A stretch of DNA of 64,000 nt. Origin: Squalus acanthias. Lineage: Eukaryota. The notes below the pieces were generated by a model. The model saw only the letters and a list, made by a program, of their open reading frames with translations. It had not been told where the DNA came from and did no database searches. The translations under genes and the position numbers were made by a program. Within the stretch, counting starts at the first letter, position 1. Every line of letters begins with the position of its first letter. Shown here piece after piece: positions 49,767-61,668 of this stretch. The stretch is taken from contig JASTWF010000033.1 in the NCBI GenBank assembly GCA_030390025.1, positions 6,202,001 through 6,266,000 on the forward strand, in the 5' to 3' direction.

Positions 49767-52686
49767 GACTCATAGATTAATCGAGTCATTACGGCACAGA
49801 AGGAGACCATTCGGTCCATCGAGTCCATGTCGTCTGTCTGTAGACCAATCCAGTCAGTCCCATTCCCCCGCTCTATCCCCGTAGCCCTGCAAGTTTATTT
49901 CCCACAAGTGCCTGTCCAGTCTCCCCTTTAAAACATTGAGTGTCTCCGCTTCCAGCACGTCCGACCGCAGCGAATTCCAAGTCAGCAACACTCACTGTGT
50001 AAAAATGTTTTTCCTCACATCTCCCCTGTATCTCCTGCCCAAAACCTTAAATTTGTATCCCCTATGTCCTTGTACCATCAAGTAGTAGGAACAGTATTTC
50101 CCCGTCTAGCCTATCCAAACCCGTCATAACCTTGTACACCTCTATCAAATCACACGTCAACCTCCTTTTCTCTAATGAAAACAAATCCAGCTTCTTCAAC
50201 CTGTACTTGTAGCTAAGATTCCCCCATCCCCGGAACCATTCTGGTAAATCTCCTCTGCCCCATCTCAAGGGCCTTCACATCTTTCCGAAAGTGTGGTGAC
50301 CAGAACTGGATGCAATACTCCAGTTGTGAGTTGTGGCCTAACCAGCGCTTTATAAATGTTCAGCATAACGTCTCTAATTTTGTACTCAATACCGCTATTT
50401 ATGAAGCCCAAGATCGCATATGCTTTGTTAACGGCTCTCTCAATATATTCTGCCACCTTCAGGGACCTATGCACATTAACTCCCAGGTCCCTCTGTCCCT
50501 GCACACTCTTTAAAACTGTGCCATTAAGTTTATATTGCCTCTCCCTGTTCCTTCTGCCAAAATGCATCACCTCACACTTCTCTTTGTTAAATTCCATCTG
50601 CCAATTGTCTGCTAGCCTTTCTATGTCCTGTTGCAGCCAATTGATATCATCATCACTGTTTGCCACACACCCAAGTTTGGTGTCATCAGCAAATTTAGAA
50701 ATTCTACTCTGTATTCCAATATCCAGGTCGTATCAAAAAAGCATTGGCCCCAGAACTGATCCTTGCAGAACACCACTGTCTACCATCCTCCAGTCTGAAA
50801 AACGGCCATTTACCACAACTCGCTGTTTTCTGTCCTTAAGCCAATTCCTTATCCAAGCTGCAACTGACCCACCTATTCCATGAGCCTTAATTTTGTTAAG
50901 CAGCCTTCTATGTGGTACTTTGTCAAACGCCTTCCGAAAATCCATGTAGACAGCATCCATTGTGTTCCCTTCTTCAATCCTCTTTGTTACTTCATCAAAA
51001 AATTCAATTAAATTATTCAAACACGATCTGCCTTTTAAAAATCCGTGTTGGCTCTCCTTAATTAGCTTAAAGCTCTCCAAATGCCCGTTAATTTTTTCCT
51101 TGATTATTGTTTTCAAACTTTACCCACCACTGATGTTAAACTGACCGGCCTGTAGTTACTAGGATTGTCCTTACGCCCTTTCTTGAACAATGGTGTCAAA
51201 TTTGCCACTTTCCAATCCTCAGGCACCTCCCCCGCATCTAGGGAAGATTGGAAAATTATGGCAAGCCCGCCGCCATCTCCTCCTCCATTTTCCATAGCAA
51301 CCTGGGATGGATGCCATCTGGACCAGACGCCTTGTCCACTCTAAGTATACCCAGCCTTTCTCGTACATCCTGTCTATCTATTTTCACCCCTTCCATTGCT
51401 TCAACCTTTTCCACTTCTACCGATATTTTATCAGCATCCACCTCCTTAGTAAACACCGATACAAAGTACTCATTTGGTATTCTAGCCTTGCCCTGCCCCT
51501 CTAAGCATATATCAACTTCTTTGTCACTAATAGGATCCACCCCGCCTCTTACTAACTGCATAATGGGCCAAAAATTGATGCCGCTACGCGAGAGTACGCA
51601 CTGTGTACTCTCGCGTATTCTCTCTCCAATTGCCGGTTTTCTGCATGCACTGCGCATGCGCTGAAAACCGGCACTTGGTTTTTGGAAAAGGGGGCGGTTC
51701 CTCGGTGCACCGCGTGCGCGCTACAGGCTGCGCGCACGCTGTGCACTTCATGCTTTGGACGCGCAGGTAAGGACGGAGGATTTTAGAAATGAAAAAAGGA
51801 GGAGTAAGACCCACTTTTAACAAGGTAAGTAGTGAATTAAGTATTATTTTGAATTTTTTTTAACAGGTATATGTTTTTTAGAGACTTTAAAGACAGGTAA
51901 GTTTATTTTTATAACTTTTTAAAAGATTTTCAATTTTTTCAAAAAATTAATTTTTTATTTAAAATGGTTAATTTATTTAACTATACTTATTTTATTAATG
52001 TGATGTTTTTTTTTAATTTAATTGAGGTTTAGCTGTTATTTTGGGGGTGTGTAAGATTCATAGCTTTCACAGCACGTATGTGAAACTTATGAATGGAAGA
52101 TGGTGTGCTGCCATTGGCTCGAACTGAGTCACGTAATCCCACAGCTCGCACGAATTCACTACGCCGGTGGGATACGCAAGCACTGCCCAGCTGATGTCTA
52201 GAACATCAAGTTCGTGCGAGCTGGATCTGAAAAAGCCAACGCGGAGTGAGAGATCGCGCCTACTCCTTACCCCCGCGGGAACAGAGCGAGATCAATTTCT
52301 GGGCCAATGTCTTTATGCCGGTAGAAGATTTTTGGGTTCCCTGTTATGTTAACCGCCATTCTACTCTCATATTCTCTCTTTGCCAATTTTAGTTTCCTCT
52401 TCACATCCCCTCTCAACTTATTGTATTTGGTCTGGTTCTCCCTTGAAGAATTCACCTGACATGCAACACACACACTCTTTTTTTGTTTCATCATCTTCTC
52501 TATCTCCCTTGACATCCAAGGAGCCCTTGCTTTGGTTCGCTTGCCCTTCCCTCTTGTTGGAATGTACCTAGCCTGTACTTGGAGCATCTCCTCCTTAAAG
52601 ATCACCCATTGTTCCGTTACAGTTTTTCCTGTCAGTCTTTGGATCCGTTTTCCCCTGGCTAGATCGTTTCGCATCCCATTGAAGTT
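49767..52686 (-). mobile_element. 5'-truncated CR1 LINE containing MITE B copy 2
   Basis: ORFs 52267-52674, 51256-, 50733-51116, 50265-50666 and 50062-50268; CR1 3' tail near 49770-49830. Confidence 0.85.
51565..52305. mobile_element. MITE family B, copy 2 (741 bp)
   Basis: Same TIRs and body as 25926-26669; TSD AAT (51562-51564, 52306-52308). Confidence 0.88.
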
Positions 52687-53920
52687 AAACTGCTCATTAA
52701 GCCGCCTATCTTTGTATCTTCGTCAAAAATAGACATGTGGCTCTCAATCCCATCAACTAATTCGTTAATAAAAACGGTGAATAGTCGAGGCCCCAAAATA
52801 GATCCCTCAGAGACACCACTAGTCATATCCTGCCAATTAAAGTCGCTGTCCATTATCCGCACACTATGTCTCCTGTCGCTCAAACAATTTCCTATCCAGG
52901 ACAATAATTTGCCTTCACTTCCACGAGCTTCAACTTTACCTAACATCTTCTTACGTGGGACTTTATAAAATGTCTTTTGCTCCATGTCTATTAACTGATA
53001 ATGATTTGTGAACTGGGACTCACAATCCTCTTTGCTCCTCAACAGTTAATGGCTTCCTATTATTTAGTCTATCCATCACAGGTTCAAAATTAACAATTAA
53101 CCCAGTATGAACTGCTGTTTGTGGGGGTGAGTTACAGATTTCTACCACCCATTACATGTAGAAGTGTTTCCTAACTTCACTCCTGAAAGGCTTGGATCTA
53201 ATATTTAGGCTAAGTCAACTAATCCTATACTTGTGAATTATCGGAAATATCTTCTCTCTATCTAACCTATCAGTTCCCATTAATATCATGAATACTTCAA
53301 TCAAATCACTCCTTAAGCTTCTAATATCCAGAGAACACAATCCTAGTTTGTGTAATCTCTGCTCATAATTTAACACTTGGCCTCTATGTATCATTCTGGT
53401 AAATCTACTCTTCACTCTTTAAGTCTGATACTTCCTTCCTAATGTGTGATGCGCAGAAATGAACACAGTCCTCCAGGTCTGGTCTAACCAGTGTTTTGTA
53501 TAGGTGCAGCAGAACTTCTCCCCCTTATATTGTAGTCCTAAATATATAAATAACACCATTCAATTAGTCCTTTTGATCTTTTCTGTACCTGTCCATGACA
53601 ATTGAATGATATATGTACATGGACCCTTCAGTCTCATTGGACACCCACTGGTTCCAGCTTTTCACCATTTAGAAACTGTTCTGATCTCTCCATTTTAGGT
53701 CCGAAGTGGATGACCACACACTTGCTTATATTTAAATCAATTTGCCATAGATTTCACCAATCACTTAATCTATTAAGATCTCTTCTAATTTCATGGTTCC
53801 ATCTAAACTGCTTAAATGCCGCCTATCATTGTGTCATCGTCAAACTTGGATATGTGGCTCTCAATCCCATCAATAATGTCGTTAATAAAAGCGGCGATTA
53901 GTTGAGGCCCAAAATAGATC
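52687..53920 (-). mobile_element. Two adjacent old CR1-type RT fragments (52687-52975 and about 53110-53920)
   Basis: GVSEGSILGPRLF...FDED; SRFTRMI...LIEVF; SKFDDDT. The second fragment is cut at 53920. Confidence 0.7.
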
Positions 53921-54575
53921 TGTCCTGGTAAACTTGACTGGATCTCTATTTGACTAAATCTAAAAGCTTTGAGGGCAAGAGACTGCTTGACTAAAAACAT
54001 TTGCAAAACTTCTAATGAGCTGGTACATTTCCTTCAGAAGATAAGATCTTGAAAATTATGTGAGAACCTCAACAACCCTGCAGATGTGAAAAACAATGAC
54101 TCTCTCCAGTTCTTGGAGTCTTGCCTTGGTGAACTGAGCCTTAAAACAGATAGAGAGAGAGAAAGAGAAGAAAACAACATTCCCCACAGTTTGGGACATG
54201 AATGCTGGGGGCCAGTTGCCCAGTTTTGTGTTATAACTGTTATTGGACACTGTGATTCGGGACTATAATCGATGGTGACGTGGTCAGGTGCCAGTTACAG
54301 TTAGTCATACGTCTGTCATCGTTGAATTGACCTCCCATCTGGTGAATAGTATGTATGTGGTTTTACTTATAATCACCTGAGCTTAAAGTCACTGATTTTA
54401 GGTGCTTGCTTGTGATAAGTGCATGAATTGAGTACATTTTGTATTCTGGGAATTACTGGTAACCTCTTTTTGATTTTTAAGTAAACGAAGTTTCACAGAT
54501 TCATTGGGTTTTGTGTTGTCTGTTCCTCGAGTCTCAACTCTATAAACTCTCAGAGAATCAAAACGCATTAATGAT
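53921..54575 (+). repeat. Putative 5' LTR (~650 bp)
   Basis: Begins TGT exactly where the host LINE homology (AAAATAGATC|) stops and ends just before the PBS. No second LTR is available to confirm the boundaries. Confidence 0.55.
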
Positions 54576-54577
54576 TC

Positions 54578-54595
54578 TGGCGCCCGAACAGAGAC
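54578..54595 (+). promoter_or_regulatory. Primer binding site, tRNA-Lys(UUU)/Lys3 type
   Basis: TGGCGCCCGAACAGAGAC, 17/18 identical to the canonical Lys3 PBS TGGCGCCCGAACAGGGAC. Confidence 0.9.
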
Positions 54596-54622
54596 TCGTT
54601 CGGAACAAACAATGGCAAAACA

Positions 54623-56295
54623 ATGGATGAGTTAGTCAGGAAATATGTGAGAGCGAAGTTACGCCTCAGGGAGTCGTGGGTACGGGGCATTATTGATGGT
54701 GCTGACACAGTGGCTGAGGCTGAACAGCGGACCCAAGGGTCCACCTGCCGGCCAGGGATGGTAAAGGCCGTCTGGTTCATGGCAGACCAGAGGCAGTTTA
54801 AGAATGATGTGTGTAAAATGGCTCAGATGCATAAGGAGATGGAAGAGATGGTAAAGGATGTCAGTGATAAGGAAGCGGTTGTAAACCGGCTTCGACGGGA
54901 ATTAGAGGATGAAAGAGAAAGTAAGAAAAGGCTGAGGGGTCAGTTGGAAAAGGTAAAGGAGATTTGGTGTAATGAAGGGCAGTACCTTGAGAGCCACTGT
55001 ATAAATAATCAGAATCAGTGTGATGTTTGGTCAGAGGAGCCGGCCAACCAGAGAGATCGGGCAGAACGAGCAGAGAAAGCTAATGATGATCTGAAGGCTG
55101 CATTCAGGGTCACTCAGAGACAGGGTCTGGAGGACCGGAGTGCTGCCGGGGATCACACTGAATGTAAGGAATTGATTAGGGAGCTGGAGGAAAAGTTGAA
55201 GGTCCAGAGGGGTCTTGTGTGGGCCAGGACTCCTGTGATTGGAGGAGATTAGCAGGATAGCAAAGGGTTTGATAAAAATCACCCGGATGGGGGCCCACAA
55301 CCTGGAAATAGCCCACCGGAGGGAGTCAGACCCCCACCTATGGCCCCGATGTGACACAAACGGTGCCAGTACACCGGCCGTGCGGGCGGGTGAAGGAGCG
55401 TTGGGGGTGCTAGAGAGGGAGTTTGTGGTCCCGTATAATACTGGGGAGTTAAGGGAAATGTTCAGTGATTTGAACAAGCTGGTAATGGGAGGAGACCCCC
55501 AAGGGCATTATCTGGAGGGAGAACAGAGGGCCGCTTTAAATGACCTGGTTGAGGAGGTAAAGAAGCGCTTGCTGCTATTTACCCTGAGCTCCAGTGTCTT
55601 TGCTGGACTTCCACCAGAGAATAAGAGGGGAGAGGGCACTTACGATGCGCTAAAGTTGCGGGTTGTCCAGGTGTTGGGACAGGGTAAAGGGGATCCTTTT
55701 AAGGCGGTGGCGGACGTGGATCAAGGCCCAAACGAAGACCCGGCAGCTTTTGCTGACAGGTTATGGCCGACCTATAATGCAGCCATGGGAGGGGCGGTAA
55801 GGAGAGCAGACCTAGACGGAGAAGCGCGGAACCATTGGTTGCGGACACTGATCTCCCACAGTCTGCCCTATTTACAAGCTGCAATGGCGGACTTTGACCC
55901 AGAAGATATCAACAAAACTGAGGTCAGGGTGCTGCGGAAATTGACCCTGCGTTTCGAGGCGCGCCAGGTAGATAAAAAGCAAGGTAATAAGCAAGTCAAA
56001 AGGCAAGGTCTGTGAAATGAAGGGGGCAGGGGCATCCCGGAAGTGGCAACAAGAGGGGATTCAGGGAAAGAAGTGCTCTGCCTGTGGGATGGTGGGACAT
56101 TATGCACGGAACTGTAAAAGATCACTTAAGACAGACATGGTTGAGGCTGCCCCACGAGAGGCCGAATCTCAGCCCAGCGCCCCCAGTTATGAGGATTTCA
56201 TTAGATATGTAGCTAAGCAGATGAAGGAGCTTGAACCATCTCAAGGAAAGGTCCACGCAGCCCATGGGAAGGATCGCGGGGAGACCCGAGCATGA
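54623..56295 (+). pseudogene. gag: gag (coiled-coil N-terminus, capsid with MHR, CCHC nucleocapsid, PSAP motif), frameshifted
   Basis: VDQGPNEDPAAFADRL (MHR-like), CSACGMVGHYARNC and QPSAPSY; spread over ORFs 54623-55252, 55239-56015 and 56017-56295. Confidence 0.85.
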
Positions 56296-56391
56296 CGGGG
56301 AAGCGCCCAGCCCGAGTACCTGTGTCCACTCAGGTACGAAAATGAGAAGTCGCACAACACCAGGTTATAGTCCAACAGATTTATTTAAAAT

Positions 56392-56427
56392 TACAAGTTT
56401 TCGGAGCTGTCGCCCCTTCCTCAGGTA
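56392..56427 (-). ncRNA. Minimal hammerhead ribozyme motif in the Penelope 3' pLTR
   Basis: UAC-CUGAGGA-A-GGGGC(GACA)GCUCC-GAA-AACU-U-GUA; stem III is one base away from palindromic AGCU. Confidence 0.65.
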
Positions 56428-56672
56428 GAGTTACTGTGAGACAATCTACCAGAATTCACAGAATATAAATACAGAGAAAATGCAGAGTTTCAATCTTTCC
56501 CTACATCAAAGACACACTAAGAGCACAGCCAATACAATGAGATGTGTCCCAGGGGGTCCAACGTGTCAAAACACCTGCTGGCTGCATATCCTCTCCATTT
56601 GGGTTTGTTTCTTGTGTTTGTTTCTTGTGTTTGTTTTTTAAAAAAGCTGGAAAGACCGGCAACGATGTCAAG

Positions 56673-57725
56673 TCACGTTATGTAGCGTGACATGAACCCG
56701 ATATCCCGATTGAGGCCGTCCTCATGAGTGCGATACTTGGCTATCAGTTTCTGCTCGATGATTTTGCGTTGTCGTGTATCCCGAAGGCCGCCTTGGAGAA
56801 CGCTAACCCGCAGATCCGAGGCTGAATGCCCTTGACTGCTGAAGTGTTCCCCGACTGGGAGGCAACCCTCCTGCCTGGCGATTGTTGCGTGGTGTCCGTT
56901 CATACGTTGTCTCAGTGTCTGCATGGTCTCGCCGATGTACCATGCTCTGGGGCATCCTTTACTGCAACTTATCAGGTAGACAACGTTGGCCGAGTCACAT
57001 GAGTATGTACCATGTACCTGGTGGGTAGTGTCCTCACGTGTGATGATGGTATCTGTGTCCATGATCTGGCATGTCTTGCAGAGGTTGCCGTGGCAGGGTT
57101 GTGTGGTGTCATGGTCGCTGTTCTCCTGAAAGCTGGGTAATTTGCTGCGAACGATGGTACTTTTGAGGTTAGGCGGCTGCTTGAAGGCGAGTAGTGGAGG
57201 CGTGGGGATGGCCTTAGCAAGGTGTTCGTCGTCATCGATGACATGTTGAAGGCTGCGAAGAACATGGCGTAGTTTCTCCGCTCCGGGGAAGTACTGGACG
57301 ACGTAGGGTACTCTGTTGGTTTTGTCCCGTGTTCGTCTTCTGAGGAGGTCTATGCGGTTTTTCGCTGAGGCCCGTCGGAACTGTCGATCGACGAGTCGAG
57401 AGTCATATCCCGTTCTTACGAGGGCGTCTTTCAGTGTCCGTAGGTGTCCATCGCGTTCCTCCTCGTCTGAGCAGATCCTGTGTATTCGCAGGGCTTGTCC
57501 ATAGGGGATGGCTTCTTTAACGTGGTTAGGGTGGAAGCTGGAGAAGTGGAGCATCGTGAGGTTGTCCGTGGGCTTGCGGTAGAGTGAAGTGCTGAGGCGT
57601 CCGTCTTTGATGGAGATTCGTGTGTCCAAGAATGAAACCGATTCTGAGGAGTAGTCCATGGTGAGTTTGATGGTGGGATGGAACCTGTTGATGCTATCGT
57701 GTAGTCCTTTCAGTGATCCTTCGCC
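56673..57725 (-). CDS. Penelope ORF C-terminal part: RT thumb, Cys-rich linker, GIY-YIG endonuclease (open frame, no native start)
   Basis: SFLDTRI, LYRKPT, SSFHP, PCHGNLCKTC...C, NVVYLISC...YIGET...QRMNGH, VGEHF, EQKLI...GLN. Confidence 0.85.
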   Translation of the reverse strand, partial: GEGSLKGLHDSINRFHPTIKLTMDYSSESVSFLDTRISIKDGRLSTSLYRKPTDNLTMLHFSSFHPNHVKEAIPYGQALRIHRICSDEEERDGHLRTLKDALVRTGYDSRLVDRQFRRASAKNRIDLLRRRTRDKTNRVPYVVQYFPGAEKLRHVLRSLQHVIDDDEHLAKAIPTPPLLAFKQPPNLKSTIVRSKLPSFQENSDHDTTQPCHGNLCKTCQIMDTDTIITREDTTHQVHGTYSCDSANVVYLISCSKGCPRAWYIGETMQTLRQRMNGHHATIARQEGCLPVGEHFSSQGHSASDLRVSVLQGGLRDTRQRKIIEQKLIAKYRTHEDGLNRDIGFMSRYIT

Positions 57726-60700
57726 GTGATCCTTCTCCACATCATGACCACTCAGGTACGGTGATTGGGGAAGACCGTGTGTAGACATCCTGAGTGAGGG
57801 CGAGAGAGGGGACTATCTGGTAGACACTGGAGCGTCAAGCAGGGTAGATCCACTCTCCCTCCCCGATGTCGACTCCCTGGTCAAGTGGCGCCCCCTATGT
57901 TTTAGGAGGTTTCACGGGTAACTCAGCAGCTGGGGCGGTCTCAGAACCTATAATCTTCAGAGTCGGACCCCTGCAAACAAAGTGGAGATGTTTACGAATG
58001 AAATGGGATCAGCCAGGAATGGGAGTGCTGGGCTCTGACTGGATGTTGGCTCACAATGTGACAGTGGATATGGATAATAACTGTTTGTGGGGCGGAGTGG
58101 ACTGTGGTGAAGCAGTAATCGTTATACCCCCGAGAAATGGAGAAGCGTGGGTGGTAACACATGCGGGACCCGATGACTGAGAAACACTAACGGCCAGGGT
58201 GCCCGAGAGGAATCAAACCGCAGTGCAGAATGTCAAGGGAGCTTGTGCTACCCACAGACATGATTGTGGAAGGGTGACAGAGTAGAGGTGGGTGTGGGAG
58301 GTGAGCCAATGTCCCGGCCCCAGAAACAGTGCACGTTCCCCAAGGAAGCAGAGAGAGAGACTGAGAAAAAGCTGTTCCGTCCTTAGTAGAACAAGGGACC
58401 CTGAGACCTATTGTGACGCATGTTAACTCTCCTGTTTGGTCATGAATGAAGACAGACAATTCCTGGCGGATGGTTGTAGATTACAGAGTCTTGAATAAAA
58501 CCATCCCTGCTTGTGCTCCCACAGGAGCAGCTGCGATTGCTTTAATCGGCAACATTCCCAGCTCTGTCCCTGTGTTCCCAGTACTGGACATATCTAATGG
58601 ATTCTGGTCAACTCCCTCACACCCGGAGGACCAGTTTGCTTTTACCTTTAAAGTTCAGCAGTATGCGTGGACTTGTTTGCCACAGGGGTTCCACAATAGC
58701 CCGTCTATTGTCCACCAGTGTATGGCTAACAGCCTATCAGAATTCAGTCAGCCCGGCCAGCTTGTGCAGGCTGTAGATGATTTACTGCTGTTCTCAGATA
58801 GCGAAGAGGAACATGAGGAACTACTGCAGGAATTGTTAGAATTGCTTGCAGCCGTAGGTTTAAAGGTAAACCCCAAGGAGGCACAGATAGGGCAAAGAGA
58901 GGTTCAGTTTCTTAGACTGTCTATTCTACCAGGGGAGCGCGCGATAGACGAAGCAGAGCGCAAAACTGTCCAGGAATTGCACGGCCCGGGTTCAATAGCT
59001 GCTCTCAGATCATTCCTGGGTCTGACAGGGTACTGTAGAGAATTTATTGAGTATTAGGCAGCGACGGCAGCTCCTTTGCTGAGATTACTCAGAAAGGGAG
59101 TGGTATGGGATTACGATGAGCGCTGTGAGGAAGCTTTTGTAAAGTTGAAAAAGGACCTACAAACAGCCCCAGCATTGGGAGCTGGAGACCCTAAGAAGGA
59201 CTTCTTTTTGGAAGCAGCGGCAACAGACGCCAGTCTGAGTGTTGTTTTAATGCAGGAAGTGAATGGGCGTCTGAGACCAGTTGCTCATGTCTCCAAAGTG
59301 CTATCTGAGCTGGAGAAGGGATACTCTACCTGTGAGCGGCACTTGCTGGCCACATTCTGGGCAGAGAAGCATTTTGCCATATTCCCGGGGACCCAGCCTA
59401 TCACTCTCCTTACCCACCACACGCCAACCCGCCTCCTGTTAGAAGGCCGGATTAAGCAGGGAAACGTGTCAAGTACTCGGGTAGCTACATGGACCCTACA
59501 GTTAGAAGGGATGAACCTGAAAGTGAAACCAATAAAGGATCCGAAATTAGCACCCAGCCTTATATATATGGGGGCCCCCACACTTGTACAGTCGAGGGGG
59601 TGTGGGAAGCAGAAGGCGGATTCAAACCTGGTATCCACCCTGAAGGGACAGACATATATGTGGATGGGTCTAGTTTTGTGGAAAAGGGGGAACGTAAAAC
59701 AGGATGTGGAATTTACGACCCACAGAAAGGAATGGAAGTGACGATTAAGTTACCCACCAGTCTCAGTGCTCAGCAGGCCGAGTTAGCAGCCGGAACTTAT
59801 GTGGTAACACATCCCACCGATTTCCCCCGCCCTATACGATCTGCTCTGACTCTATGTTTACATATAATTCTTACACAGAATATTTGGCGATTTAGGCTAG
59901 AAGAGGTTTTAAATCAGCAGATGGCAAGTCACTGGTTACCGCTCCAATGTTGGCAACCATAGCGGAAGTCATAAGAAGAGGAGGCGAGGATTACTATATC
60001 CATAAGGTCAAAGCCCACTCTAAAGCAGAACCCAGATGGGAGGGAAATAGGAAAGCAGACGAGCTTGCTAAGGTGGGAGCGGACAGAGGGGTCCCGTGGG
60101 ACCCGTTTCAATCGGGAGTGGGAGCAGCCATCACTCCGGCTATTACTATTCCGCTTCCCCCGGATATCAAAACAATACAGCTGACAGATGTGGCGCTAAA
60201 ATCTGTCCTCAAGGAAAGAGAAGCAGGTCAGATTGTAGAAGGGCCTTATGGGGCCAAAGATGTAAACGCCAGGGAAGGTATGTTGTTCAAAGGAGAGAAG
60301 TGGATTGTGCCCGAGGGATACAGGGAGGAATTCATGCAGCTAGCTCACGGGGGACCGGGGTCTGGACACCCCGGACCCGAAACAATCTGTAAGCTTGGCG
60401 AGGAGGTAGGGTGGTGGCCTCATCTGAGGAAAGACATAGAAGATTAGTGTAAAACCTGTTTAGTGTGTGCTGCTAACAATCCTGAGCCACATAAAAGAAA
60501 GGCTCCCCTCGGACACCCGCGTCGACCAGAGGGACCGTGGCAGTGTGTCCAGATAGATTTTATCGGACCCCTGCCCAACACTAAGAAGGACAATAAATAT
60601 TGTCTAGTCCAAGAGGAGAATTTTACCAAGTGGGTCGAAGCTTTCCCATGCAAGGCAGACACAGCATTGTGGACGGCCAAGACCCTAGTTAGGGAGGTAT

Positions 60701-61621
60701 TTTCTAGATTGGGGCTCCCTCGATTGGTAGAGTCCGACCAAGGGAGTTATTTTACAGGGCAAGTGATGCAAGCCACCCTGAAATTGTTTGCAATTGAAGG
60801 GAAATAGCACGTAACCCCCAACCCGCGGTCATCAGGGATTGTGGAAAGAATGAACCGCACGTTGAAGTTGGCCCTGTGAAAGGAATTAAACAAACAGCAA
60901 ACTAAGTGGGATGAGGTACTTCCCCAAATCCTTATGGGGATACACAGTAACAAATCCAAAGGAGCGGGTCACTCCCCTCATGAATTGGTAACAGGGAGAC
61001 CCATGCGAACCCCCACACACCTGTTGACCCCCACTCTGATAAACAAATGAAATAAGTCACTCGGGACAAATTCCTGAGTGACCTGTGGGGAACTTTAAAG
61101 GAACTAAACTTGAGAGCCGCCCACAACATTGGGAAGACACCCCAACGCAACAGATTACACCTGACTCCGAGTAAACCCCAGGAGTGGGAACTAGAGAGCC
61201 AGGTAATGGTATGAAACTATGCGAGGGTGGGAGTTTTCGAACCCCTCTACAAGGGACCGTATAACATTGTTGACAAAGCTTGTCCTCTGGTATACGCGGT
61301 TCAGTTACCTAAGAAAATCAAATGGTTTCACATTAACCAGATGAAGCTTTTTCAGCCCACAAGCAGGTCAGGAAGACAGCAGGCCACGATCATGAGCATG
61401 GTGAGACTGACTCAGCCGCTCCAATGGGATGATGAAGAAGGGGGCCTAATGCAGCGCTCCCACCTGAGGCACCTTCGTGTGACGAGCTGCCTCCCCAGGT
61501 ACAGGATGGTGGTTACAATCTGAGGCAAGGACCTCGGAAACGGCCAAGGCGGTCCAGTGAATAGTCAGTGCAGAGCCTAAAAGACCAATGGTGAGAAGAA
61601 GGGAGGCGGGACTGGGAGTAA

Positions 61622-61649
61622 CTCTCCGCTTTGTTCCCCTCTTCCACAG
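61622..61649 (+). promoter_or_regulatory. Candidate splice acceptor for a subgenomic (env-like) mRNA
   Basis: CTCTCCGCTTTGTTCCCCTCTTCCACAG|G just after the integrase, 20 nt before an ATG in good context (GAAATGG, 61669). Confidence 0.6.
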
Positions 61650-61668
61650 GCCAGAACAAGGCAGAGAA

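Larger units (their letters stand above)
56339..57747 (-). mobile_element. 5'-truncated Penelope-like element (Neptune-type) inserted in the provirus
   Basis: 13-bp TSD CCACTCAGGTACG (56326-56338, 57748-57760); RT C-terminus and GIY-YIG ORF; 3' pLTR with hammerhead motif and AATAAA. Confidence 0.92.
56296..61523 (+). pseudogene. pol: pro-pol (PR-RT-tether-RNase H-IN), disrupted by stops, frameshifts and a Penelope insertion
   Basis: YLVDTGAS (DTG 57823-57831); LDISNGFWS, LPQGFHNSP, QAVDDLL; IYVDGSS...AQQAELAA...SDS...KAH...GNRKADELA; H-x6-H...CLVC; QIDFIGP, SDQGSYF, GIVERMNRTLK; YKGPY. Confidence 0.9.

Noticed and set aside
51256..51823. ORFs spanning the CR1/MITE junction and MITE-internal ORFs (also 25837-26112)
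   Set aside because: Fortuitous frames across insertion junctions in GC-rich palindromic DNA.
57726..57788. N-terminus of the 371-aa Penelope ORF
   Set aside because: Derived from junction bases, the TSD and antisense proviral protease, not from the PLE.
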